Source: Omnitrophica WOR_2 bacterium GWF2_43_52 (GTDB lineage Bacteria > Omnitrophota > Gorgyraeia > Gygaellales > UBA12090). From it: a stretch of 64,000 nt of DNA. Position numbers and translations under genes: made by a program. This document shows, in pieces, positions 8,556 to 20,983 of the stretch. A model generated the notes under the pieces. The model was not told where the DNA came from, ran no database searches, and saw only the letters and a program-made list of their open reading frames with translations. Location: assembly GCA_001805445.1 (NCBI GenBank), contig MHGF01000035.1, positions 25,279-89,278 of the forward strand, given 5' to 3'. Within the stretch, counting starts at the first letter, position 1, and the number at the start of each line of letters is the position of its first letter.

Positions 8556-9239
8556 GTGGCAAAGACAAAAAGCAAGCGATATCAGGAAGCGGCAAAGCTC
8601 GTTGACGCCAATAAAGTGTATACCCTTAAAGAGGCAATAGGCGTCTTAAAGCAGTTTCCCGCGGCGAAGTTTAACCAAAGCGTCGATTTGAGTTTTTATC
8701 TGAATATTGACCCCAAAAAATCAGATCAGTTGATTAGAGGAACCGTGAGCCTGCCTCATGGAACCGGTAAAAGCGTACGGGTCGCGGTTTTCTGTAAAGG
8801 CGAGCAGGAAAAAGAGGCAAAAGCTGCCGGCGCCGAGCACGTGGGAGGTAATGACCTTATAGAGAAGGTGGCTGGCGGATTCTTAAATTTTGACGCGGCA
8901 GTGGCAACTCCGGATATGATGAAAGATTTAAGCCGTTTGGGAAAGGTATTAGGCCCCCGCGGGCTTATGCCCAGCCCAAAAACAGGCACGGTAACACAAA
9001 ATGTGGCCCAGGCGGTAAAAGAGATCAAGGGCGGGAAAATCGAGTTTAAGGTCGATAAGCAGGCAGGGCTTCATGTTCCGGTAGGCAAAATAAATTTTAC
9101 AGAAGCCCAGATTTTTGAAAACGCGGCAAAGGTGTTAGAGGCGATTACCCATGCCAAACCTTCATCGGTTAAGGGCAATTTTATAAAATCTGTTGCCATA
9201 TCCTGCAGCATGAGCCCTGGTTTGAGGCTTGCACAATGA
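8556..9239 (+). CDS. rplA: 50S ribosomal protein L1
   Basis: LPHGTGK, LGPRGLMPSPK; probable GTG start. Confidence 0.96.
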   Translation: MAKTKSKRYQEAAKLVDANKVYTLKEAIGVLKQFPAAKFNQSVDLSFYLNIDPKKSDQLIRGTVSLPHGTGKSVRVAVFCKGEQEKEAKAAGAEHVGGNDLIEKVAGGFLNFDAAVATPDMMKDLSRLGKVLGPRGLMPSPKTGTVTQNVAQAVKEIKGGKIEFKVDKQAGLHVPVGKINFTEAQIFENAAKVLEAITHAKPSSVKGNFIKSVAISCSMSPGLRLAQ

Positions 9240-9757
9240 TAAAAACAGGTAGTTTTTTTAGGAAAACAGTAATTGAGGGGTTACGAAAAGATATCGGTAA
9301 GTCCGAAAGCCTTTTTGTGGTCCAATATTCGGGGCTTTCAAGCGTGCAGATGACCGCGTTGAGGATATGCCTTAAGAATACAAAATCAAGGCTTTTGGTG
9401 GCTAAAAATGCCCTTATCCGCCGCGCGCTCAAGGATTCTTCCATAGAAGGCTTAGACTCCTTTTTTGAAGGCCCCGTTGCCTTGATTTTCGGTGAAAAGG
9501 ATATCGCGGCAACCTCTAAAGCATTATCTAAATTTGTCAAAGAAAATCAAAGCCTGGTTGTAAGAGGGGGATTTTATAATCAGCGTATCCTTAGTTCTAA
9601 GGATATTGAAAGTATTTCTCAACTGCCTTCTAAAGAAACACTGCGCGCGCAGGTTGTTGGCGCGTTGCAGTCTCCATTAGCGGGTTTGGTTTTTACCCTC
9701 AAGGGTAGTTTAAATAAATTAGTCATTGTGTTGAATCAGATTAAAGAGAAGAAATAA
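9236..9757 (+). CDS. rplJ: 50S ribosomal protein L10
   Basis: KNALIRRAL, LPSKETL; synteny. Confidence 0.93.
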   Translation: MIKTGSFFRKTVIEGLRKDIGKSESLFVVQYSGLSSVQMTALRICLKNTKSRLLVAKNALIRRALKDSSIEGLDSFFEGPVALIFGEKDIAATSKALSKFVKENQSLVVRGGFYNQRILSSKDIESISQLPSKETLRAQVVGALQSPLAGLVFTLKGSLNKLVIVLNQIKEKK

Positions 9758-9765
9758 AAATACGC

Positions 9766-9840
9766 TTTCGTTTACAGTTTACCGTAGTATGTATGGGTAA
9801 ACGGTGCGCGGTTTGCGGTAAACGCAACGTTATTCTTAGG
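9766..9840. repeat. Heptamer-repeat hairpin, rplJ-rplL spacer
   Basis: CGTTTAC/AGTTTAC arm opposite GTAAACG...GTAAACG; same family as 36531-36590. Confidence 0.7.
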
Positions 9841-9848
9841 AGGATGAA

Positions 9849-10232
9849 ATGGCTGTTAAAGACGATGTTGTTAAAACAATTGAAGGTATGAGTGTGCTGG
9901 AGTTGGCTGATTTAGTAAAAGAGCTCCAGGAGAAATTCGGCGTTTCGGGCCAGATTGCAGTTGCCGCGGGCCCTGCCTCAGGCGCTCCCGGCGCGGGAGT
10001 CCAGGCAGCGGCGGAGGAAAAGACCGCTTTTAGCGTTGTCATTACGGCAAGCGGTGCTAGTAAGATTGCGGTCATTAAAGAGGTCCGCGCGATGACTAAT
10101 CTTGGCCTTAAAGAGGCAAAGGATTTAGTTGATGCCGCGCCAAAATCGGTTAAAGACGGAGTTCCTAAGGCTGAAGCAGAAGAAATGAAGAAAAAACTCG
10201 AAGCAGCAGGGGCAACGGTAGAATTAAAATAG
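9849..10232 (+). CDS. rplL: 50S ribosomal protein L7/L12
   Basis: [20 protein letters not shown]. Confidence 0.97.
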   Translation: MAVKDDVVKTIEGMSVLELADLVKELQEKFGVSGQIAVAAGPASGAPGAGVQAAAEEKTAFSVVITASGASKIAVIKEVRAMTNLGLKEAKDLVDAAPKSVKDGVPKAEAEEMKKKLEAAGATVELK

Positions 10233-10328
10233 CACGAAATAACACGAATAAAAGCCGAATTCACACAAATAAGTTCTCATGAGTTCATTCGTGAAAATTC
10301 GCTAAAAATTCGTGTAAATTCGTGTTAT
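10233..10328. repeat. 9-10-mer tandem-repeat hairpin, rplL-rpoB spacer
   Basis: (CACGAAT-like)x4 opposite (ATTCGTG-like)x4. Confidence 0.75.
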
Positions 10329-10345
10329 GAGTGGAGCGAGGATAT

Positions 10346-13300
10346 ATGTCAGAACGAAAAAATTGCGCGAAACTGAAAGAAGTCTATAAACTGCCAAATC
10401 TTTTGGATATTCAGCTCTTGTCTTACGCGGAGTTCCTTCAGGCAGAGCTTAAACAGGATACGCGTAACAATATCGGCTTACAGGAAGTGTTCAATGAAAT
10501 ATTCCCGATAGAAAGTTTTGACCATCAGGTGCGTATTGACTTTATAGGCTATTCCTTAGGAAAGCCTAAATATGAAGTTGATGAATGCCGTAGGCGCGCG
10601 ATGACGTATGCGGCCCCGCTCAAGGTCAGGTTTAAGCTGACTACCCCTAGCGAAGTAAAGGAGCAAGAGTCATATTTTGGCGAGATACCGCTTATGACAG
10701 AAACCGGAACATTTTTTATTAATGGCGATGAGCGAGTGGTCGTAAGCCAATTGCAGCGTTCTCCGGGGGTTTCGTTTGAAGAGGAATTGCATCCTACAGG
10801 GAAAAAGATATTTTACGGCCGTATTATCCCCTATCACGGAGCATGGCTTGAATTTAAACATGATATATCTGACGTGATTCTGGCCTATGTGGACCGCAAA
10901 CGCAACTTTCCCGCGACCCAGATACTGCGTATTCTAGGCTATGCCAGCGACGAAGAAATTCTTAGCGCCTTTGGCCCTGTCCCTTCCCCGCAGATACTCA
11001 ATACCTTTAAAAAGGATTATACTAAAAATAAGGAAGAGGCAGTCATCGATTTTTACCGTAAGATGCGCCCGACCGAGCCGGTGACCCTTGAAGCGGCTGA
11101 AAATTTATTTTACCGTTTATTCTTCGATCCCCGCAGGTATGATTTGTCGCGCGCGGGGCGTTTTATTTTAAACCGTAAGCTTGGATTAGAGGTGTCTTTG
11201 GATAAACGCATCCTTGATGCCCCTACGGTCATTAAGGTAATAGACTATTTGCTTAAACTCAAAGAAGGCACCGGCCAGATAGATGATATTGACCATTTGG
11301 GAAACAGGCGGATTAAGACGGTAGGCGAATTGGTCCAGAACCAGGTGCGTATCGGGTTGACCAGAATGGAGCGTTCAATACGGGAGCGCCTTGCTGTTAT
11401 GTCTGAGTTTCATACTTTAAATCTCCATCATCTTATTAATTCAAAACTGCTTTCAAACCAGATAAAAGATTTTTTTGCCCGTTCACAGTTATCGCAGTTT
11501 ATGGATCAGGTGAATCCCCTGGCGGAGATGACCCATAAGCGCAGGCTTTCCGCTCTTGGCCCAGGAGGCCTTTCCCGGGAAAGAGCCGGTTTTGAAGTAA
11601 GAGATATTCATCCATCACACTACGGAAGGGTGTGCCCGGTAGAAACACCGGAAGGCCCCAATATAGGGCTCATCGCTTCATTAAGTACCTTTGCCAGGGT
11701 CAATGAATTGGGACTTTTGGAGACGCCTTACCGTAAGGTTGAGGACGGCAGGGTTACTAAAAAAATTGACTATTTAACCGCGGATGTTGAGGAGAATAAA
11801 CTTATTGCCCAGGCAAACGCGAAATTAGATGAGAACGGTTATTTCCAGGAGAAAGAGGTTTCCTGCAGGCTTAAGGATGATTTTCCAAAGGTTAGCCCCA
11901 AGAAAGTCGAATATATGGATGTATCTCCTAAGCAACTTGTTTCTGTGGCGGCCGCGTTAATTCCGTTCCTCGAGCATGATGACGCAAACCGCGCCCTTAT
12001 GGGTTCTAACATGCAGCGACAGGCAGTTCCCTTAATGATTACCGAAGCGCCTCTGGTTTCGACTGATATTGAACAGAAGGTAGCTATCGACTCCGGCGCG
12101 GTAATAGTCAGCAAAGAAGAAGGCAAGGTAACAGCGGTAGACGCATCGAGTATTACGGTGGGCAAAAATACCTATAAGCTCAAGAAATTTATTCGTTCAA
12201 ACGCGGATACCTGCATCAATCAAAGGCCGATCGTCGCGTTAGGGCAAAAGATAGCGCAAGGAGAGGCTATTGCTGATGGTATGAGTACGCAAAACGGGGA
12301 ATTAGCTTTAGGAAAAAATTTGCTCGTAGCCTTTATGCCTTGGAGGGGATTTAATTTTGAAGACGCTATCCTTATATCGGAGAAAATTTCCAAAGAAGAT
12401 ATTTTTACTTCAATACATATTGAGGAATTCCAGACAGAAGCGACAGAGACGCGCCTGGGCAATGAAGAGATTACCCGGGATATTCCCAATGTCTCAGAAG
12501 AGACACTTAAGAATCTGGATAAGGATGGGATTGTCTATTCGGGTGCCGCGGTACATCCCGGGGATATATTAGTAGGAAGAGTTACTCCGAAAACAGAGAC
12601 GGAGCTTTCATCTGAAGAAAGGCTTTTACGGGCAATCTTTGGTGAAAAGGCCGGCGATGTGCGGGATACCTCATTAGTTGTTCCGCCGGGAGTTGAGGGC
12701 GTCGTCGTAGACGTGCATGTCTTTCAGCGTAAAGACAGGGGGAGAAAATCAAAAGAGGAAAAGAGCCAGGAAGCGTCCAAAGTCCGTGAGATTAACGCGT
12801 ATTATAAGCAGGAAATAGAGTTTGTGAATGAAGAAAAAATTTCACGATTAAGTAAATTATTAGGCGTAGATAAAAACAAGGTTGAGCGTCTTGATATAAG
12901 TTCAAATGATGAAGCAAGAATTTTAGCCGCGTCGTTTGAAGAGCAGATTAAAGAATTATTAACCGAGCAGGAGCAGGAGATAGAAAAGATTCATCGCGGT
13001 GATGAGCTTCCCGCGGGCGTACTAAAGCGTGTGGTGGTCTATATCGCGATTAAGAGAAAGGTTGCTGTTGGTGATAAGCTCGCAGGCCGCCATGGAAACA
13101 AGGGCGTTATTGCCCGGATACTTCCTGAAGAAGATATGCCATTTTTGGCTGATGGCACTCCTGTTGAAGTTGTCCTTAATCCTTTAGGGGTACCTTCGCG
13201 TATGAATGTAGGCCAACTTTTGGAAACCCACTTAGGGTGGGCAGCGAAAGCATTGGGGATAAAAGTAGCCAGCCCTGTTTTCGACGGAGCAACCGAATCA

Positions 13301-13753
13301 GAGATTAAAGGAATGCTTAAAAAGGCAGGGCTTCCCGAGGACGGGAAGATCCAGCTCTATGACGGCTTTACCGGTTTAGCCTTTAGCCAGAAGGCAACCG
13401 TTGGGTATATTTACATCATGAAGTTAAACCATATGGTTGACGAAAAAATACACGCCCGTTCCATAGGGCCATATTCTTTGGTAACTCAGCAGCCTTTAGG
13501 CGGTAAGGCTCAGTTCGGCGGACAGCGCTTCGGCGAGATGGAAGTCTGGGCATTGGAGGCCTATGGCGCAGCCTTTACTTTGCAGGAAATGCTTACGGTA
13601 AAATCCGATGATGTCAAGGGACGCACGAGAATTTATGAGAATATTGTCAAAGGCGAGCAGAGGCTTGATTCAAGCACTCCGGAATCGTTTAATGTTTTGG
13701 TAAAAGAACTGCAAGGCCTGTGCCTTGATATGCGCACACAAGCGGTAAAATAG
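10346..13753 (+). CDS. rpoB: RNA polymerase beta subunit
   Basis: [43 protein letters not shown]. Confidence 0.99.
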   Translation: MSERKNCAKLKEVYKLPNLLDIQLLSYAEFLQAELKQDTRNNIGLQEVFNEIFPIESFDHQVRIDFIGYSLGKPKYEVDECRRRAMTYAAPLKVRFKLTTPSEVKEQESYFGEIPLMTETGTFFINGDERVVVSQLQRSPGVSFEEELHPTGKKIFYGRIIPYHGAWLEFKHDISDVILAYVDRKRNFPATQILRILGYASDEEILSAFGPVPSPQILNTFKKDYTKNKEEAVIDFYRKMRPTEPVTLEAAENLFYRLFFDPRRYDLSRAGRFILNRKLGLEVSLDKRILDAPTVIKVIDYLLKLKEGTGQIDDIDHLGNRRIKTVGELVQNQVRIGLTRMERSIRERLAVMSEFHTLNLHHLINSKLLSNQIKDFFARSQLSQFMDQVNPLAEMTHKRRLSALGPGGLSRERAGFEVRDIHPSHYGRVCPVETPEGPNIGLIASLSTFARVNELGLLETPYRKVEDGRVTKKIDYLTADVEENKLIAQANAKLDENGYFQEKEVSCRLKDDFPKVSPKKVEYMDVSPKQLVSVAAALIPFLEHDDANRALMGSNMQRQAVPLMITEAPLVSTDIEQKVAIDSGAVIVSKEEGKVTAVDASSITVGKNTYKLKKFIRSNADTCINQRPIVALGQKIAQGEAIADGMSTQNGELALGKNLLVAFMPWRGFNFEDAILISEKISKEDIFTSIHIEEFQTEATETRLGNEEITRDIPNVSEETLKNLDKDGIVYSGAAVHPGDILVGRVTPKTETELSSEERLLRAIFGEKAGDVRDTSLVVPPGVEGVVVDVHVFQRKDRGRKSKEEKSQEASKVREINAYYKQEIEFVNEEKISRLSKLLGVDKNKVERLDISSNDEARILAASFEEQIKELLTEQEQEIEKIHRGDELPAGVLKRVVVYIAIKRKVAVGDKLAGRHGNKGVIARILPEEDMPFLADGTPVEVVLNPLGVPSRMNVGQLLETHLGWAAKALGIKVASPVFDGATESEIKGMLKKAGLPEDGKIQLYDGFTGLAFSQKATVGYIYIMKLNHMVDEKIHARSIGPYSLVTQQPLGGKAQFGGQRFGEMEVWALEAYGAAFTLQEMLTVKSDDVKGRTRIYENIVKGEQRLDSSTPESFNVLVKELQGLCLDMRTQAVK

Positions 13754-13756
13754 ACT

Positions 13757-16700
13757 ATGGTAAAAGAAAATAAGAGAACAGGCCACGAAGAGCAGCCATC
13801 AAACTTTGACGCCATCACTATAAAGATAGCTTCTCCCCAGGTTATTCGTTCCTGGTCAAAAGGAGAAGTAAAAAAAGCGGAAACCATAAATTATCGGACT
13901 TTTAAACCCGAAAAGGGCGGATTATTCTGCGAGAAGATTTTTGGGCCTATTAAAGACTGGGAGTGTAACTGCGGAAAATATAAGGGAATAAAATTTAAAG
14001 GTATAACCTGCGACCGCTGCGGTGTCACTATAGACCGTTCATCCGTAAGGCGAGAGCGGATGGGGCATATAGAATTGGCAAGCCCGGTAACCCATATCTG
14101 GTTTTTTAAGGCGGTTCCCAGCCGTTTATCTGCTCTCTTAGGTTTAGGCTTAAGGGAATTAGAGAGAATTATTTATTACGAAGAATATGTCGTCATTGAC
14201 CCTCAGGAAACTCCTTTAAAGAAGAAAGAACTCCTCCCTGAAGAGAAGTATCAGGCTTGCCTTGAGAAGTACGGCGCTAAATTTAAGGCCAAAATTGGGG
14301 CTGAAGCTATACGGGACCTCTTAAAAGAAATTGATTTAAGCGGACTTTGCTCTAAGATGCGTAAGGATTTGGAAAAATCTGAAGATACCCCTTCAACCCG
14401 CAAGACGCTCAAGATGCTTAAGCTTATTGAAGACATTAAGAATTCTGGAAACCGTCCTGAGTGGATGATTTTAGAGTCACTGCCGGTAATTCCTCCGGAT
14501 TTGCGCCCCTTAGTTCCTTTAGACGGCGGGAGGTTTGCCACCTCAGATTTGAATGATTTATATCGCAGGGTTATCAATAGGAATAATCGCCTCAGAAAAC
14601 TCATAGAACTCAATGCCCCAGAAATAATCATTCGCAATGAAAAGAGGATGCTTCAAGAGGCAGTAGACGCGTTATTAGATAACGGCAGGCACGGCCGGCC
14701 AGTTTTAGGAGCGAATAATCGTCCCTTAAAATCACTTTCAGACATGCTCAAGGGAAAACAGGGGCGTTTTAGGCAGAATTTGTTAGGTAAGCGTGTCGAT
14801 TATTCAGGCCGTTCGGTGATTGTTGTTGGCCCTGAGTTAACGATGGAGCAATGCGGCCTTCCCAAACAGATGGCTTTGGAGCTTTTTGAGCCGTTCATTA
14901 TCAAGAAGCTGCGCGAAAAAGGATTTGTTCACAGCATCAAAGGCGCAAAGAGAATGGTTGAGCGCGCGAAAATAGAAGTTTGGGATATCCTTGATGAAGT
15001 TATCAGGGATCATCCGGTGATGCTTAACCGCGCTCCCACGTTGCACCGTTTAAGTATCCAGGCATTTCAGCCTGTGCTTATTGAAGGAAAGGCAATCAGG
15101 ATACATCCGCTCGTTTGTACCTCTTTTAATGCTGATTTTGATGGTGACCAGATGGCAGTGCATGTGCCCCTGTCTATAGAAGCACAGATGGAGACGAGGC
15201 TGCTTATGTTATCGACCAATAATGTCTTTTCTCCCGCCGATGGCAGGCCTATTGTAACTCCTACCCAGGATATTGTTTTAGGGTGTTCCTTCCTTACAAA
15301 GGAAAAGTCCGGGTCAAAAGGCCAAGGGATGATTTTTGGAAGCCAGGATGAGGTGTTTTCCGCTTATAGTGATGGTACGGTTGAATTGAATACGAAGATT
15401 AAGCTCTTGATAGACAGGGTGTTTGATATATCGCAAAATCAGCTTATAGAGAACAAGCACATTCTTGAGACTACCGTAGGGCGGGTAGTTTTTAACGATG
15501 TATTGCCCGCGGGCTTTGGTTTTGTTAATCTGGAGCTTAATAAATCTAACATTGGCCAGATTGTCGCTTCTTGTTATAAACGATTCAGCCATGGAGCGAC
15601 CATCGAGCTTTTAGATCGATTGAAGAGGTTAGGGTTTGAATACGCGACTATAGGCGGTATATCGATAGCGATAGATGATTTGGAAGTTCCGAAAGCTAAA
15701 GAAGAAATAATCCAAGAGGCCAGGGCTGAGGTTGCTAAGGTTGAAGGGCAGTATCGTAAAGGTATTATCACCGATGGTGAGCGCTATAACAAGGTTATTG
15801 ATATCTGGACGCATACTACTGACAGGATTTCAGATTTACTTTTTAAAGAGATGGATCCTTTTAACCCTATCTTTATGATGGCAGATTCCGGAGCGCGAGG
15901 CTCACGTTTACAGGTAAGGCAGCTTGCGGGTATGCGCGGGCTCATGGCAAAGCCATCAGGAGAAATTATTGAAAATCCCATTACTGCTAATTTTCGCGAA
16001 GGCTTAACAGTACTTGAATATTTTATCTCTACTCACGGTGCCCGTAAAGGTTTGGCTGATACCGCGCTCAAGACCGCGGATGCCGGTTATTTAACCCGCC
16101 GCTTAGTTGATGTCGCGCAAGAGGTAATTATTACCGAAATAGACTGCGGGACCCTTAACGGGATAAGCATTGCTTCAATCATTGAAGGGGATGACGTGGT
16201 AGTGTCTTTAACAGACCGTATCGCCGGAAGAGTTGCCTTGGATAACGTCGTTGATATTATTACCGATGAAACGATTGTTGATGCCGGTTCAGAGATTACT
16301 GAAGAAAAAGCGGATATGATTGAGCAGCTCGGCATTGAAAAAATCCGTATCCGCAGTGTCCTTACGTGTGAAACAGAGCGTGGGGTATGCTCAAAATGTT
16401 ACGGAAGAAGCCTTGCCACAGGAAAGCTTGCCGAAATAGGAGAAGCAGTAGGGGTTATTGCCGCCCAGAGTATTGGGGAGCCGGGAACGCAGTTAACCAT
16501 GAGGACTTTCCATATTGGAGGAACCGCCTCTCGCGTGGTTGAACAATCATCGATAAAATCTAAGAATAAAGGAATTGTCAAATATCATAACCTGCGTGTT
16601 GTAGAGCGTGAAAAAGAGTTTATTGTATTGAATCGAAACGGCGCCATAAGCATTAATAATGAGCAGGGAAGGGAATTAGAGCGTTATCCTATTCCTCAGG

Positions 16701-17842
16701 GTTCTTTTATTAGTATCGCTGATACCGAAGAGGTTGCCAAAGGCATTGTGTTTGTCACATGGGATTCCTACACGTTTCCTATTCTTACGGAAGTTAAGGG
16801 AAAAGTGAAATTTGAAGACTTAAAAGAAAATGTTACGATGCGTGAAGAGTTAAACCCTGTTACCGGAGTTACCGAACGTGTCGTAGTTGAACATAAAGCG
16901 GAGTATCATCCCCAGATTGTTATCTTGGATACCAAGGACGAGGTTTCCGGAATATATCCTTTACCGATAGGAGCCCATATCATGGTCAAGGATGGCCAGC
17001 ATAGTGATGCCGGTGAGCTTCTGGCAAAAATCCCCAGGGTCTCAGGGAAAACCAGAGATATTACAGGAGGCCTCCCCCGCGTGGCAGAGTTATTTGAGGC
17101 TCGCAGGCCCAAAGACCCTGCCGTCATCAGCGAAATTGACGGTTTTGTAGAATTCAGCGAAGGCAAAAAGAATCAGAGGTCTATCGTGGTGCGCAGCTCT
17201 ACCGGAATGAAGCGTGAATATATCATTCCTCACGGAAAGCATCCTAACGTATACAAAGGTGACCGCGTAAGCGCCGGCCAGCAGCTTACTGACGGGCCGG
17301 TTGTATTGCAGGATATTTTAAGGGTCTGCGGCGATAAAGTGCTTCAAGAGTATTTGGTTAACGAAGTGCAGGAAGTATACCGTTTACAGGGCGTGCGTAT
17401 CAATGACAAACATATAGAGGTGATTATCAGGCAGATGCTCAAGAAAGTGCATATTGACGGTTCCGGAGATACTGATTTTCTTGCAGGCCAGCATGTGGAT
17501 AAAATCAAATTTCAGAAAGAAAATGCCCGGGTTATGAAAAAAGGCGCGAAGCCGGCGCTGGCGACCCCGGTTCTCCTCGGTATTACAAAGGCATCATTGA
17601 CGACAGAGAGTTTTATTTCCGCCGCGAGTTTTCAGGAGACAACGAGAGTGCTTACTGACGCGGCATCTTCAGGAAAAATCGACCACCTCTTAGGGCTTAA
17701 AGAAAATGTTATTGTGGGGCATTTGATCCCCGCGGGAACAGGATTAAAAGAATACCGTGCCATAGAGATAACAAGAAAAGCTGCTCCTTCCGGCCAGGCC
17801 CAGGAAGAGTTAGTCGCGCAGGGCCAGGATACAAAGGAATAA
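13757..17842 (+). CDS. rpoC: RNA polymerase beta' subunit
   Basis: NADFDGD, Zn finger, [13 protein letters not shown]. Confidence 0.99.
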   Translation: MVKENKRTGHEEQPSNFDAITIKIASPQVIRSWSKGEVKKAETINYRTFKPEKGGLFCEKIFGPIKDWECNCGKYKGIKFKGITCDRCGVTIDRSSVRRERMGHIELASPVTHIWFFKAVPSRLSALLGLGLRELERIIYYEEYVVIDPQETPLKKKELLPEEKYQACLEKYGAKFKAKIGAEAIRDLLKEIDLSGLCSKMRKDLEKSEDTPSTRKTLKMLKLIEDIKNSGNRPEWMILESLPVIPPDLRPLVPLDGGRFATSDLNDLYRRVINRNNRLRKLIELNAPEIIIRNEKRMLQEAVDALLDNGRHGRPVLGANNRPLKSLSDMLKGKQGRFRQNLLGKRVDYSGRSVIVVGPELTMEQCGLPKQMALELFEPFIIKKLREKGFVHSIKGAKRMVERAKIEVWDILDEVIRDHPVMLNRAPTLHRLSIQAFQPVLIEGKAIRIHPLVCTSFNADFDGDQMAVHVPLSIEAQMETRLLMLSTNNVFSPADGRPIVTPTQDIVLGCSFLTKEKSGSKGQGMIFGSQDEVFSAYSDGTVELNTKIKLLIDRVFDISQNQLIENKHILETTVGRVVFNDVLPAGFGFVNLELNKSNIGQIVASCYKRFSHGATIELLDRLKRLGFEYATIGGISIAIDDLEVPKAKEEIIQEARAEVAKVEGQYRKGIITDGERYNKVIDIWTHTTDRISDLLFKEMDPFNPIFMMADSGARGSRLQVRQLAGMRGLMAKPSGEIIENPITANFREGLTVLEYFISTHGARKGLADTALKTADAGYLTRRLVDVAQEVIITEIDCGTLNGISIASIIEGDDVVVSLTDRIAGRVALDNVVDIITDETIVDAGSEITEEKADMIEQLGIEKIRIRSVLTCETERGVCSKCYGRSLATGKLAEIGEAVGVIAAQSIGEPGTQLTMRTFHIGGTASRVVEQSSIKSKNKGIVKYHNLRVVEREKEFIVLNRNGAISINNEQGRELERYPIPQGSFISIADTEEVAKGIVFVTWDSYTFPILTEVKGKVKFEDLKENVTMREELNPVTGVTERVVVEHKAEYHPQIVILDTKDEVSGIYPLPIGAHIMVKDGQHSDAGELLAKIPRVSGKTRDITGGLPRVAELFEARRPKDPAVISEIDGFVEFSEGKKNQRSIVVRSSTGMKREYIIPHGKHPNVYKGDRVSAGQQLTDGPVVLQDILRVCGDKVLQEYLVNEVQEVYRLQGVRINDKHIEVIIRQMLKKVHIDGSGDTDFLAGQHVDKIKFQKENARVMKKGAKPALATPVLLGITKASLTTESFISAASFQETTRVLTDAASSGKIDHLLGLKENVIVGHLIPAGTGLKEYRAIEITRKAAPSGQAQEELVAQGQDTKE

Positions 17843-17843
17843 T

Positions 17844-18215
17844 ATGCCTACTATTCAACAGCTTATACGCTTAGGAAGAATCAAAAAGACAAAGAAATCA
17901 AAATCACCGGCGCTCAAAGGCTGCCCTCAACGCAGGGGAGTATGCCTGCAGGTAAGAACGATGACTCCTAAAAAGCCTAATTCGGCATTGCGTAAGATTG
18001 CAAGAACCCGATTAACGACGGGGATTGAAGTTACCTCGTATATCCCCGGCGAAGGCCATAATCTGCAGGAACATTCCATTGTGCTGGTAAGAGGCGGAAG
18101 AGTCAAGGATTTGCCCGGGGTGCGCTATCACATTGTCCGAGGGACATTAGATACCGCGGGCGTACAAAACAGGAGAAGGTCACGTTCTAAGTATGGAGCG
18201 AAGAGGCCGAAATAA
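17844..18215 (+). CDS. rpsL: 30S ribosomal protein S12
   Basis: [20 protein letters not shown]. Confidence 0.99.
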   Translation: MPTIQQLIRLGRIKKTKKSKSPALKGCPQRRGVCLQVRTMTPKKPNSALRKIARTRLTTGIEVTSYIPGEGHNLQEHSIVLVRGGRVKDLPGVRYHIVRGTLDTAGVQNRRRSRSKYGAKRPK

Positions 18216-18230
18216 GTAAGAAGAAACAAT

Positions 18231-18316
18231 ACGTAAGTGTGTAGTATGTAGGTATGTAAGGTAAAACTTAAACACTTTACACTTACACACTTTACACTCC
18301 GAAGCGGAGCGAAGGA
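18231..18316. repeat. 7/8-mer tandem-repeat hairpin with CGAA-GGAG tail, rpsL-rpsG spacer
   Basis: (TGTARGTR-like)n opposite (CTTTACA-like)n, then CCGAAGCGGAGCGAAGGA-ATG. Confidence 0.75.
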
Positions 18317-18787
18317 ATGAGAAGAAGAAAAGCCCAAGAAAAAGAAGTCATTTTTGACCCGAAGTACAACAGTAAGACTGTTGCCAAATTTATCAATATG
18401 GTAATGACACAAGGCAAAAAAAACATCGCGGAAAAAATCGTCTATGGCGCGTTCGACATCATGAAGAAAAAACTCAATGATCTTGATGCCCTGAAGCTTT
18501 TTCATAAAGCTATAGATAATGCCCGTCCGCGTTTAGAGGTTAAGCCCAGGCGCGTGGGAGGTGCCACCTACCAGGTACCGGTTGAAGTCCGCCAGGATAG
18601 GGGGACTTCTATCGCGCTTCGCTGGATGAGGGATTTCGCGCGCACTAAAAAAGGCAAGTCAATGATGGAAAAAATGGCGGATGAATTGGTCGCGGCCTAC
18701 AAAGGGGAAGGTTCGAGCATAAAAAAGCGTGATGATGTGCATAAGATGGCCGAATCAAATAAAGCCTACGCGCATTTTCGCTGGTAA
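18317..18787 (+). CDS. rpsG: 30S ribosomal protein S7
   Basis: RRVGGATYQVP, HKMAESNKAYAHFRW. Confidence 0.98.
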   Translation: MRRRKAQEKEVIFDPKYNSKTVAKFINMVMTQGKKNIAEKIVYGAFDIMKKKLNDLDALKLFHKAIDNARPRLEVKPRRVGGATYQVPVEVRQDRGTSIALRWMRDFARTKKGKSMMEKMADELVAAYKGEGSSIKKRDDVHKMAESNKAYAHFRW

Positions 18788-18825
18788 AGCGCATAAACAC
18801 ACGATGGCTGGGTAAATAAGAAGCT

Positions 18826-20925
18826 ATGAAAAGAGAATTTACAATAGAAAAAATAAGAAACATAGGGATCATTGCTCATATTGATGCCGGTAAAACCACG
18901 ACGACAGAGCGAATACTTTTTTATACCGGGAAAAGCTATAAAATCGGCGAGGTGCATGAAGGCACGGCGATTATGGACTGGATGGTCCAGGAGCAGGAGC
19001 GCGGCATAACGATTACTTCTGCCTGTACTACGTGTTTTTGGCAGGATTGCCGGATTAATATTATTGATACCCCTGGCCACGTAGACTTTACCATTGAGGT
19101 AGAGAGGTCGCTGAAGGTGCTTGATGGAGCGGTAGTGCTTTTTGACGGGGTAAATGGAGTCGAGCCTCAGTCAGAGACAGTCTGGAGGCAGGCGGATAGA
19201 TATAATGTCCCCCGGCTCTGCTTCGTGAATAAGATGGACAGGCCAGCGGCAAGCATCACGGAGACTGTAAAGCAAATACATGAGCGTTTGGGTGCCAATG
19301 CCGCGGCCGTACAGGTCCCTTATGGCTCTGAAGATAATTTTATGGGTATGGTGGATATTATCGAGGATAAACTGTATCTTTATAATGACCCGGCGGGAAA
19401 AACATTTGAAACCCAAGATGTCCCCGAGGAGCTCGCAGCGAGCGTAAAAGAAGCCAAAGATAAACTTTTTGAGCATTTAGCAGAGGCTGATGATGAAGTC
19501 ATGCAGTATTTTGTTGAGGGGAAATCGGTGCCAAAAGAGCTTCTTAAAAAAGCAATCCGCCGGCAGGTTATTAATAGTAAGTTTGTCCCCGTTTTTTGCG
19601 GGGCATCATTTAAGAATAAGGGAATACAGCCGCTCTTGGACGCGGTATGCGCTTACTTGCCGTCTCCTTTTGATAGGGGGAAGGTAAAGGGAATTAATCC
19701 CAGCACTGACCAATATGAAGAGCGCGAGATAAATGATAGCGCGCCATTCTGTGGGCTTTGTTTTAAAGTCGCCTCTGACCCTTATGTAGGCAGGCTTAAC
19801 TATGTCAGGGTTTATTCCGGGACATTGTCTTCGGGCAGTTATATTTATAACGCCAGCAAGCGTGAAAAAGAAAGAGTTACCAAGATAGTTTTGATGCACG
19901 CGAATAAACAGGAAATCGTTGAAAAAGTAGCAACGGGGGATATCTGTGCTTTGGTAGGCTTAAAAGAGACTAAGACAGGTGATACGCTCTGTGAGGAAAA
20001 GGATGCTATCATCTTAGAGTCTATGCATTTCCCTGATCCGGTTATTTCCCAATCGATAGAGCCAAAGACAAAGTCTGATCAGGAAAAACTTGGTATGTCG
20101 CTAAAGCGCCTGACAGATGAAGACCCGTCATTTCGAGTAAAGTATAATCAAGAAACCGGACAAACGATTATTTCCGGTATGGGGCAATTGCATCTGGATA
20201 TTATCGTGGATAGGCTTTTAAGAGAGTTCAATGTGGCCTCAATGGTTGGCCAGCCTCAGGTGGCTTACAAGGAAACCCTGACTAAAAAAGTAATTTCAAC
20301 GGGAAAATTTATACAGCAGTCAGGTGGGCGCGGGCAGTATGGCCATTGTGTCCTGGAGATGAAGCCTCAGGAAACACCGGGAATGGGAGTAACCTTTGAG
20401 GATAAATTAAAGGGCGGCGCGATACCTCGGGAATTTATCCCCGCGGTTAAAAATGGCGTGATGGCATCCGCTAAGAGCGGGATTTTAGCAGGGTATCCGG
20501 TTACCGATGTTTCGGTGACCTTGATTGACGGTTCATTCCATGATGTCGATTCTTCCGAACTCGCGTTTCAGATGGCAGGCTCGATTGCTTTCTCTGACGG
20601 TTTGCGCCACGCCTCTTGTATCTTGATGGAGCCTATTATGGATATGGAGGTTATCGTTCCGGAAGAATTCATGGGTACCATCATCGGTGATATGAATTCC
20701 CGGCGCGCGAAGATCGCGTCTCTTGGGCAGCGCGCGAATGTTAAGGTTATTCGTTGCCATGTGCCGCTGGCGGAAATATTTAATTATGCTACCGTTATCC
20801 GCTCTTTGACCCAAGGAAGAGCGACTTATTCGATGGAGCCCTCATTTTACCACGAGGTGCCTGGACATATAGCGCAAAAAATATCAGAGAGAAGCACGAG
20901 TGTTCAAAGATTTGGTTTAACATAG
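18826..20925 (+). CDS. fusA: Elongation factor G
   Basis: [24 protein letters not shown]. Confidence 0.98.
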   Translation: MKREFTIEKIRNIGIIAHIDAGKTTTTERILFYTGKSYKIGEVHEGTAIMDWMVQEQERGITITSACTTCFWQDCRINIIDTPGHVDFTIEVERSLKVLDGAVVLFDGVNGVEPQSETVWRQADRYNVPRLCFVNKMDRPAASITETVKQIHERLGANAAAVQVPYGSEDNFMGMVDIIEDKLYLYNDPAGKTFETQDVPEELAASVKEAKDKLFEHLAEADDEVMQYFVEGKSVPKELLKKAIRRQVINSKFVPVFCGASFKNKGIQPLLDAVCAYLPSPFDRGKVKGINPSTDQYEEREINDSAPFCGLCFKVASDPYVGRLNYVRVYSGTLSSGSYIYNASKREKERVTKIVLMHANKQEIVEKVATGDICALVGLKETKTGDTLCEEKDAIILESMHFPDPVISQSIEPKTKSDQEKLGMSLKRLTDEDPSFRVKYNQETGQTIISGMGQLHLDIIVDRLLREFNVASMVGQPQVAYKETLTKKVISTGKFIQQSGGRGQYGHCVLEMKPQETPGMGVTFEDKLKGGAIPREFIPAVKNGVMASAKSGILAGYPVTDVSVTLIDGSFHDVDSSELAFQMAGSIAFSDGLRHASCILMEPIMDMEVIVPEEFMGTIIGDMNSRRAKIASLGQRANVKVIRCHVPLAEIFNYATVIRSLTQGRATYSMEPSFYHEVPGHIAQKISERSTSVQRFGLT

Positions 20926-20983
20926 GTATTCTCAGGATACAGAGTAATTTGTAAAAAACAGTAGACGAAAAGGGAGGTAGGCA

